A stretch of 7,002 nt of DNA from Octopus sinensis (taxonomy: Eukaryota). Positions 1 through 6,891 of this stretch are shown here, in pieces (the first letter of the stretch is position 1; the number at the start of each line of letters is the position of its first letter). Location: positions 1 to 7,002 of the forward strand of contig NW_021829021.1 of NCBI RefSeq assembly GCF_006345805.1. The letters run 5' to 3'. Both the position numbers and the translations under genes were made by a program. The notes under the pieces are model-generated. The model was given only the letters and a program-made list of their open reading frames with translations. It did not search any database and was not told the origin of the DNA.

Positions 1-63
1 CGCGCGCGCGTCCATATCATCTATCTATTATCTCTTTCTCCTCTCTCTCTTCCTCTCTCTCTT

Positions 64-64
64 A

Positions 65-96
<32 letters not shown>

Positions 97-234
97 TATA
101 TATACATATACGTATATATTATTTATACGCGTATATATATATACATATATATATATACGTATGTATATATATATACATATACAAGCATATATATACGTAT
201 ATGTATACATATATATACATGTATATATATATAC

Positions 235-280
<46 letters not shown>

Positions 281-284
281 GTAT
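64..284. repeat. Interrupted (TA)n microsatellite with CA/CG variant units
   Basis: ~220 bp of alternating TA with interspersed TACA/TACG units. Preceded by a CT-rich tract (~29-62) and (CG)5 at 1-10. Confidence 0.95.
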
Positions 285-636
285 AGTAGCTGTGTGGTAA
301 GTAGCTTGCTTACGAACCACATGGTTCTGGGTTCAGTCCCACTGTGTGACACCTTGGGCAAGTGTCTTCTACTATAGTCTCGGGCCGACCAAAGCCTTGT
401 GAGTGGACTTGGTAGACGGAAACTAAATATGTGTGTGTGTGTTTGTTTGTCGCCCCAACATCGCTTGACAACCGATGCTAGTGTGTTTACGTCCCCGTAA
501 CTTTACGGCTCGGCAAAAGAGACCGACAGAAAAATGTAATAGACTTACAAGGAATAAATGTCCTGGGATCGATTTGCTCAACTAAAAGCAGTGCTGCAGC
601 ATGGCCGTAGTCAAAATGACTGCAACAAGTAAAAGA
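285..636 (+). mobile_element. tRNA-derived SINE, family A, copy 1 (CORE-like segment, internal microsatellite, internal deletion)
   Basis: Pol III A-box-like TAGCTGTGTGG (287-297) and B-box GGTTCAGTCCC (330-340). ACCTTGGGCAAGTG (351-364) resembles the start of the CORE domain of CORE-SINEs such as MIR. Internal (TG)n at ~430-442; tail ends GTAAAAGA. First 140 nt differ from copy 2 at 9 positions by manual alignment. Lacks the GAAAGAAGCCCGTCG segment present in copy 2. Confidence 0.9.
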
Positions 637-660
637 ATATACCGTATATATATATATATA

Positions 661-1057
661 CTCTTTTACTCTTTTACTTGTTTCAGTCATTTGACTGCGG
701 CCATGCTGGAGCACCGCCTTTAGTTGAGCAACTCGACCCCAGGACTTATTCTTTGTAAGCCCAGTACTTATTCTATCGGTCTCTTTTGCCGAACGCTAAG
801 TGACGGGGACATAAACACACCAGCATCAGTTGTCAAACAATGCTAGACACGCAAACACACACGCATACACATATATATATATATATATACATATATACGA
901 CGGGCTTCTTTCAGTTTCCGTCTACCAAATCCACTCACAAGGCTTTGGTCGGCCCGAGGCTATAGTAGAAGCCACTTGCCCAAGGTGCCGCGCAGTGGGA
1001 CTGAACCCGGAACCATGTGGTTGGTAAGCAAGCTACTTACCACACAGCCACTCCTGC

Positions 1058-1060
<3 letters not shown>
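661..1060 (-). mobile_element. tRNA-derived SINE, family A, copy 2 (near full length)
   Basis: Reverse complement reads GACGCAGGAG-TGGCTGTGTGG (A box 1040-1050)...GGTTCAGTCCC (B box 997-1007)...ACCTTGGGCAAGTG...internal (TA)n/(TG)n...GGCGGTGCTCCAGCATGGCCGCA...tandem tail GTAAAAGA-GTAAAAGA-G (661-677). Colinear with copy 1. Confidence 0.92.
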
Positions 1061-1096
<36 letters not shown>

Positions 1097-1119
1097 ATAT
1101 ATATATATATATATATACA
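1059..1119. repeat. Compound (TC)16 + (TA)n microsatellite
   Basis: (TC)16 at 1059-1090 followed by imperfect (TA)n. Confidence 0.95.
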
Positions 1120-1203
1120 TGCAGCTGAAGGAAGAGGTCTGGACCGTAAAAATCCAGACGTCCATATAAATATTGTAGCCTTTGTCAAACATTAACCTGT
1201 ATA

Positions 1204-1231
1204 AACACACACACACACACAGACACACACA
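1204..1231. repeat. (CA)n microsatellite
   Basis: Direct inspection; one GA interruption. Confidence 0.9.
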
Positions 1232-1235
1232 CGTT

Positions 1236-1450
1236 AACGAAGGCTGCTATAAGCAATATAAAACCAAGAAGAAAAATTCAATTGTCAATAATTGTGACTG
1301 ACATTGCTAGAAATAAAAGCTAATTTACCTAAGGGTTGCAAAGTAGCACATGTCTATGTGTTGACAGGGGAGATAACCGCCCCGCAGCGAACGAGATAAT
1401 CATACTTGTATACTTTTGCTTTGAAATAAAAGCTCATCAGTGATGACTAT
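1236..1450 (-). mobile_element. Probable Penelope-like element terminal-repeat remnant
   Basis: Non-repetitive, more GC-balanced block between microsatellites that begins with a hammerhead-like motif on the - strand. Penelope-like elements are known to carry minimal hammerheads in their terminal repeats. No coding remnant is seen, so the assignment rests on the motif alone. Confidence 0.45.
1391..1450 (-). ncRNA. Decayed type I hammerhead ribozyme motif
   Basis: - strand reads ATAGTCATCA-CTGATGA-GCTTT-tatttc-AAAGC-AAAA-GTATAC-AA-GTATGATTAT. Exact CUGAUGA core, 5-bp stem II, AAAA in place of GAAA, palindromic GTATAC in the helix III position, and ATAGTCAT/ATGATTAT pairing for helix I. Confidence 0.6.
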
Positions 1451-1456
1451 ATATAT

Positions 1457-1553
1457 GACGGGCTTCTTTCAGTTTCCGTCTACCAAATTCACACCAAAGA
1501 CTTTGGTCGTCCTAAAGCTACTGTAGAGACACTTCCACAAGGTGCCGTGCAGT
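1457..1553 (-). mobile_element. SINE family A, copy 3 (diverged internal fragment)
   Basis: GACGGGCTTCTTTCAGTTTCCGTCTACCAAAT is identical to 899-930 of copy 2. The rest aligns with more mismatches up to GGTGCCGTGCAGT. Head and 3' half are absent. Confidence 0.88.
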
Positions 1554-1555
1554 TG

Positions 1556-1650
1556 TGTATATATTATATATATAATAGATATATATATATATAATATAAT
1601 ATAATATAATATAATATAATATAATATAATATAATATAATATATATATAT

Positions 1651-1690
<40 letters not shown>
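1556..1690. repeat. Compound microsatellite: (TA)n, (ATAAT)10, (TA)n, (TG)14
   Basis: ATAAT pentamer at ~1591-1640; (TG)14 at 1663-1690. Confidence 0.95.
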
Positions 1691-1996
1691 GAGACAGCAA
1701 TGGCCCAGTGGTTAGGGCAGCGGACTCGCGGTTGTAAGATCACGGTTTCGATTCCCAGAACGGGCGTTGTGAGTGTTTATTGAGCGAAAACACCTAAAGC
1801 TCCACGCGGCTCCGGAAGGGGGTGGTGGTGATCCCTGCTGTACTCTTTCACCACAACTTTCTCTCACTCTTTCTTCTGTTGGCCTGCTCGCTTAGCCAGT
1901 GGGATGGCGTCATTTGAAGGCTAAAACAATGCCAGGCGCATTGTGACCAGCGATGTGTAGCAACACATCATAGCCAGGTCGGTCACGGTGATCACG

Positions 1997-2000
<4 letters not shown>
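1690..2000 (+). mobile_element. tRNA-derived SINE, family B
   Basis: A box TGGCCCAGTGG (1701-1711), B-box-like GTTTCGATTCC (1745-1755), GC-rich body, 3' stem-loop, and tandem 9-bp tail TCACGGTGA x2 (1983-2000). Flanked by (TG)n and (TA)n. Confidence 0.85.

Positions 2001-2032
<32 letters not shown>
2001..2032. repeat. (TA)16 microsatellite
   Basis: Direct inspection. Confidence 0.97.
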
Positions 2033-2036
<4 letters not shown>

Positions 2037-2299
2037 TGCGCGTATGATTGTTATTTTACATAATGTATTTAGCTATTTATATATGCTTATATGTTTCCAT
2101 TTCACACTTACTTGAATATGTCTACGCTCTTCTAAATTACATCATGATCGAGATACTTCGTGTATTCATATATTATTAACCCTTTTGCAAATTTATACAA
2201 AGTTACACTTAATTTTGCTGTGTTATATCAATTTATACTCATCAAAATTAAATATAATTTTGTATAGCATTCCGCCGAAGTAGCTTACATATAATAATT

Positions 2300-2930
2300 T
2301 TCTTTTACATCGTTTTTGCCTGTAAGTTGTGGTCATACTGGGGGTACTGCCGTTGCTGTTGCTACACTTTTACTGACCCTCCTCTTTTAGCATTTTATGA
2401 ATGAGGGAGTTCGAAATTGCTACCCTCAGTTATGTCTGTTGCTGCGAAGAAGGTTTATCTGAAATTTCAGACAGGTGCTTCGTAAAGATATCTACATCCA
2501 TACCATGTAAGTCTCACATATCTTTCCGTAGCATATTGCAAAGCTCTAAGCCTTTCAACTTAAATCTGGTTGGCGATGATGGCGTCTTTGGTAGTATGCA
2601 GTAGCGCCTTGTTCGGGAATTAGTTAAGCTCCCAATAGCAAAGTTTGTTGCAAGTCCTTTCAGGATCTTCCATACATATACTACTGCGTATCTTTCCCAT
2701 TTTTGCTATAGGAAAGAGAGTCTTAACTTTTCAACCATTTCCAGTAGCTGATATGTTGCATTGAAGCAATCTTTCTGAAGCCCCGCTGGATTTTTTCAAG
2801 TTTTGCCGTTAATTTTGCACTATGTAATGACTACAATTGAGAGCAATAATCTCGACGGTCGAGGACAAATGTCCCCTAGAGGATCATCATAATTTCCTGT
2901 CCTCTTAAAAACACGATTCAATCTGTGACT
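2300..2930 (-). mobile_element. 5'-truncated, decayed CR1/L2-type (Jockey group) LINE: ORF2 C-terminus plus 3' UTR
   Basis: Manual - strand translation: MMIL*GTFVLDRRDYCSQL*SLHSAKLTAKLEKIQRGFRKIASMQHISYWKWLK/(frameshift)LRLSFL*QKWERYAVVYVWKILKGLATNF...RRYCILPK...LKGLELCNML...D. This matches the 'LDYCSQxWSP...LExIQR...SYxERLxxLxLxSLExRR' pattern of the post-RT region in CR1/L2-type LINEs. Several stops and at least one frameshift. The 3' UTR ends at GTAAAAGA (2301-2308). Confidence 0.85.
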
Positions 2931-2998
2931 ATACGACTAGCAGACAATTTTTTTAAATAACATTACAAATTTATATTGAACTAGGTAACTTATAACTC

Positions 2999-3300
2999 GC
3001 ACTCCATCGGTAACGATGATGAAGGTTCCAGCTGATCTGATCAACGGAACAGCCTTCTCGTGAAATAAACGTGCAAGTGGCTGAGCACTCCGCAGACAGG
3101 CACATGAACTCTTAACGTAGTTCTCAAGGGGATTCAGCGTGATAGAGAATTACAAGTAGTACTAATTTTTTTCCAGCTGAGTGGACTAGAGCAAAGTAAA
3201 ATAAAGTGTCTTGCTCAAGGGTACAGGTGTCAGCGGGGGTTGAACTCACCACCTCAAGATCGCGAGCCGAATATCGTAACCACTTAGCCACGCGCCTTCA
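2999..3300 (-). mobile_element. tRNA-derived SINE, family C (CORE-like central domain)
   Basis: - strand: A box TGGCTAAGTGG (3280-3290), B-box-like GAGTTCAACCC (3237-3247), CORE-like CCTTGAGCAAGACACTT (3204-3220) and GTCCACTCAGCTGG (3173-3186), then a distinct GC-balanced 3' region ending CCGATGGAGTGC. Confidence 0.82.
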
Positions 3301-3709
3301 TACATAACTTCTAATTTCAGTATTTCTTGTGGACTTATATCTTTACTATCAAGTTTATATTTACGAACATTAGAATCTTTAATTCGTTCAGTTTAATTTA
3401 TTTGTGTATTTTTCTTTTATTTTACGTCAATTAGTAAATTCAACAAATCTCAAATAAGCATACAAAATAAAAACTACCTCTACGCTTATAAACACGTACA
3501 TAGACATATAAAAACAAACACACACATATATCAGAAATTAAATTTCTTTTAACAAACTGTTATAGATGGTTAACTTTGTTTCCACATAAAACATTATATA
3601 AACTCAATTTTTTTAGAAAGTTATCACCTAAAAAGTGATTTTTATTGGGCCATAATAACAAGCCATATTTTAAAACAACTCTCATTTACGCACATTTAAA
3701 CAAACACCT

Positions 3710-3750
3710 CACACACACACACACACACACTCACACACACGCACACACAC
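3710..3750. repeat. (CA)n microsatellite
   Basis: Imperfect (CA)20. Confidence 0.95.
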
Positions 3751-4433
3751 AAAACACTCACCCATATACACACATTTATAACACCATACCCAATGCAGCT
3801 TACACCTCAACTCATTGTAAGAAAAAAAAAACTTTTTAGCTTTTATTTGAATTACCCATGTAACTAATTGATTGATTGCTTCTTCAGTTCATTTTCACAC
3901 ATGACCAATTACTGGCCTGTTTTCAGATATCTTTACATTAATATTTTTAATTCATTCACACTGACTTTTATTTTTTATTTTACCTTTGTGTTCCTAATTT
4001 TTATCTCGTATTACCCTTTATTTACTAATTTGGTTATACTTTAAATATTTTATATATTTCATATACGTTTATTTTTTTTAATTTTCCTTCCTCATATGTA
4101 ACTTTTCTTAATCTGCCTGACTTCTGGTTTCAACCTTTAAATATGTTGTCTAGCCTTTTGACTCGTTTATCAGCTAAAATATTAAATGTTTTGTATTTAT
4201 GGGTTATAAAATGTATGTAAATACTATTCACAAAAAATCGTTTTCCAATGAAGCTCTCCAGTCTGCTTATGTAAACTGAAACCTTTTAAGCTGCCAGGGA
4301 GAAACATAAAGTTCCGGGCAACATGAATTTTGCTATAATTTAAATATACACACACACTGTTTTGAGTTTTTTTTAATAACAATAAATGTTATGTTTTTTA
4401 TTGTTAAAATTACTTTTAAATAGTCCCGATTTA

Positions 4434-4517
4434 ACACACACATATAGACACACACGCATACACATACATATATATTTACAAACACATACATACATACTAC
4501 ATACATACATACATACA

Positions 4518-4547
<30 letters not shown>
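4434..4547. repeat. Compound (CA)n/(TACA)n microsatellite
   Basis: Perfect (TACA)12 at 4498-4545, preceded by degenerate CA/CATA units. Confidence 0.95.
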
Positions 4548-4548
<1 letters not shown>

Positions 4549-5713
4549 CATACCAAGGTATTGGAAATAAAGATAGAGTGACCCAAGAATATTACACCAT
4601 ACTAAGAAAAATATGGCAATCTGGATTTTCCTTTTATAAAACAATATCCTACAATCCCAGTGCTGATTCCAACATTGGAGATACTCGACTGGTCTGTAGA
4701 AATCCACTCCATAGACATTAAAACCCACAAGATTCTAACATCAATTGGAAATCACCACAAAAATGGTGATATCGACAGGCTCTACCTAAGAAGAGTTGGA
4801 GAAGGTAGGAGCTTGAGATCAGTGAAGTCAGCTTTCACATGTCGCATAGTCTCTCTTAGATAGCATTCGCTAAACAACAGCAGCAAAAATAATACGTTAA
4901 CTTAGTGCTGAAAAGTGAAGAAAATAATATCGTATATGTTGGAAGTGAGCTTCTCGAAAAGTACTCCCGAAGACTTGAAGAAGATAGTAATAGTGACATG
5001 AAGCGAAGCCTCTCTTGGATTCGTGAGCGCTACATCACGTCACAGAAGATTACTGCTAAATACCTAATCAACAAAAGAGACAGTGAAATCCCTGGAGTTT
5101 CAAGATGTAACTGTAAATGTAGATTGTCATATTTCTGTGGAAGAAATTACACATATGATTAGCAGTTGCACCAAATTTCATCAAGGTACTATCTATCTAT
5201 GGGACATGACGTTGTTTATCAAAAATAATACACAATGCCATTCGGCAAAAAAGACTGTTCTGGAATAAATATAGAGAATAACCCGGTTATTGTAAGCCTA
5301 CACAAATATCAGCACAAGGAATACTGGTGGAACATTCACATCAAAACATCTGACAAGTGTCGTAAGTGTAACAGGCTGGATATTGTTGTTTGGGACAGAC
5401 AAGAAAAACCTGTAGCGTCAAAGAAATCAGCTGTGCTGCTGATGTGAATATCTCTTTGAAAATGAAAGAGAAAGTAGATAACTATGGACAACGGCTTTGA
5501 AACCTTCAGCTTCTATATCCGGATTACAAGTTTACGTTTATAGCAATAATAATTGGAGCACTTGGTTTTGTAAGCAAATGCCCAACTGTCAGTCTGGATA
5601 AGTTTGGATTTTCAGAAAAAGAAATCAACTGACTGATGATTTGCACATTACAAATACAATCTGCAAACGGGGCAGTAGACCTATGCAATACTTTTCTCGG
5701 GTTTAAAATGTGA
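4545..5713 (+). pseudogene. Disrupted retrotransposon ORF (RT thumb, CCHC zinc knuckle, RLE nuclease)
   Basis: Supplied ORFs 4660-4863, 4905-5162, 5083-5268, 5235-5447 and the end of 4386-4721 are successive frame pieces of one ORF. At least five frameshifts and several in-frame stops. Confidence 0.85.
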
Positions 5714-5805
5714 AACTGAATTTTTTAAATTTACATTCCAAACATGGAGCTTTGAATCTTTGTTATAAACCAGCTCCTTCTTCAGAGGAAGAATTTAAAT
5801 AATTA
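4545..5805 (+). mobile_element. 5'-truncated, decayed non-LTR retrotransposon with restriction-like endonuclease (R4/Dong-type)
   Basis: Stitched + strand frames: ISYQGIGNKDRVTQEYYTILRKIW...ILDWSVEIHSIDIKTHKILT...HHKNGDIDRLYLRRVGEGRSL (RT thumb region; DRLYL at 4774-4788); CCHC knuckle CRL(C)H..EEITHMISSC (5118-5169); GHDVV (5202-5216; RHD motif); EYWWNIHIKT; NRLDIVVWD (5370-5396; RPD motif with P>L); EISC (5423-5434); KEKVDNY; IIIGALG; stop TGA at 5711-5713; then a ~90 nt 3' UTR. The domain order RT-CCHC-RLE is certain for this class; the clade call comes from motif style. Confidence 0.85.
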
Positions 5806-5814
5806 AAAGCAGAA

Positions 5815-5854
5815 CACACACACACACACACACACATCTGTTTCTATATACCTA

Positions 5855-5917
<63 letters not shown>

Positions 5918-5922
5918 CTCTC

Positions 5923-5969
<47 letters not shown>
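5815..5969. repeat. Compound microsatellite: (CA)11, (TCTG)~15, (TC)n, (TA)14
   Basis: (CA) 5815-5836, (TCTG) ~5855-5914, (TC) ~5915-5941, (TA) 5942-5969. Confidence 0.96.
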
Positions 5970-5972
<3 letters not shown>

Positions 5973-6140
5973 GAGATTTACAGAAAAACAAAAGACGAAG
6001 ACAGGTGAATGAACAAGTGAGTAAGTGAAAAAGTATTTTACGTTTCGAGCCTACGCTCTTCAACAGAAAAGAATAACAGAAAATAAACAGAGAGAATAAA
6101 AACAAACTCGTCGATTTAGCGATGAAGCATAGCAGCTAAT
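5970..6140 (-). mobile_element. Probable Penelope-like element terminal-repeat fragment
   Basis: - strand carries a ...GAAGAGCGTAGGCTCGAAACGT hammerhead-like motif followed by a ~70 nt pyrimidine-rich tail running into (TA)n. This layout is typical of Penelope-like terminal repeats. The upstream boundary is approximate. Confidence 0.55.
6036..6070 (-). ncRNA. Minimal type I hammerhead-like motif with variant core
   Basis: - strand reads TTTT-CTGTTGA-A-GAGC-gtag-GCTC-GAAACGTA-AAA. 4-bp stem II with tetraloop, intact GAAA, palindromic ACGT helix III, and putative GUA cleavage triplet (cut between 6039 and 6038). The core has U at position 6 and an extra A after A9. Confidence 0.55.
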
Positions 6141-6348
6141 ATATATGATTTTAAATCGTAATTCTAATTTCATATAAACGGTTATTGGAAAGACCGTTAC
6201 TTGAAAGGACCAATGAAACAAAGCCATTTCCAAATGTAATTGTATATTTATACATATAACCTTATTTTTGTTCCATTCGCCACCAAAACTATACGACGAA
6301 TGGGAACGTGAAACTGAATAACAGTTTTTGTGATATCTTTGCAGCTTT

Positions 6349-6350
<2 letters not shown>

Positions 6351-6410
<60 letters not shown>
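6351..6410. repeat. (TAA)20 microsatellite
   Basis: Perfect 60-bp tract. Confidence 0.98.
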
Positions 6411-6411
<1 letters not shown>

Positions 6412-6412
<1 letters not shown>

Positions 6413-6891
6413 TTGTGTATTGGTATAAAAGATGGGCTACAGCAACTATTCTGCTCAATACCACAGATTTGCTTGTCAGTTTTTTTACTTTAACCAGTTG
6501 AGCATGTCCCTTAATGGCTGGCGATATGTGCATCTCTGATCACGAGCAGAAGTAGTGGGGGAGCAACATAGCCATGTGTTGAGAGGGATTCTTTGGGGTT
6601 TGAATAATTCCACCTCTGGAAACATGGGTTTTCGTTCAACATCCTTAAACAACCCTTATTCAGGGACCTTTCGAGTGGGATGGGTTACTCGACCTGAAGA
6701 AAATTCTAACTGGGCCCCACCTGCAAGGTCCTGTGCTGTTTATTTTGATATGAGATCACCATGTCGCGCACATATGGTTGTGATGCATGTGCCTAGTGTA
6801 CCCTTATCAGACGGGTAGTCATGATGGGTATACTGGGCTTCGTATATTTTACCCCAGTGTCACTTTGATGGCATGCACTGCTCTCTCACTC
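6412..6891 (+). mobile_element. Unclassified ~480 bp non-coding element inserted in (TAA)n; probable non-autonomous retroelement
   Basis: GC-balanced island with sharp boundaries and same-orientation (TAA/AAT)n on both sides. No recognisable A/B boxes, terminal inverted repeats or protein motifs. Strand is inferred by treating the right-hand (AAT)n as the 3' tail. Confidence 0.6.

Noticed and set aside
28-361. ORFs 28-210, 119-361 and 123-320 (YI-rich)
   Set aside because: Translations of (TA)n, which is stop-poor in these frames; low-complexity products.
487-1228. ORFs 487-714, 830-1027 and 1037-1228
   Set aside because: They lie wholly within SINE copies and microsatellites and show no protein motifs.
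1690-1765. tRNA gene interpretation of the SINE heads (also 285-345, 990-1060, 3230-3300)
   Set aside because: A and B boxes are present, but acceptor and anticodon stems are incomplete, there is no oligo-T terminator after the T arm, and each continues into a SINE body.
2176-2186. TTAA-CCCTTTT, resembling a piggyBac-type terminus
   Set aside because: No matching AAAGGG-TTAA end was found in the window; the motif is too short to support alone.
2401-2604. 67-aa + strand ORF
   Set aside because: Antisense shadow of the decayed CR1/L2-type ORF2 on the - strand.
3860-3930. Possible branch point (ACTAAT) and TTCAG acceptor sites suggesting a host exon
   Set aside because: Such motifs are frequent in T-rich DNA. 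No open frame or matching donor supports an exon.
3301-4433. Long AT-rich unassigned stretch with local strand asymmetry
   Set aside because: No terminal repeats, coding remnant or structure found by eye; treated as ordinary intron or intergenic background.
3645-4728. ORFs 3645-3839 (+) and 4333-4728 (-), and the 5' part of 4386-4721 (+)
   Set aside because: Driven by (CA)n/(TACA)n tracts (HT- and MYVC-rich). Only the last ~58 codons of 4386-4721 are real and belong to the LINE remnant.
5633-5639. CTGATGA hammerhead core match (also CTGAAGA at ~6693 and on the - strand at 5779-5785)
   Set aside because: None is followed by a stem II plus GAAA arrangement; 5633 lies inside the LINE coding remnant.
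6060-6818. ORFs 6060-6533 (poly-Leu), 6308-6493 (poly-Ile) and 6555-6818
   Set aside because: Poly-Leu/Ile comes from (TAA)20 and only mimics a transmembrane segment. The 87-aa ORF lies in a repeat-like element and has no recognisable domain.
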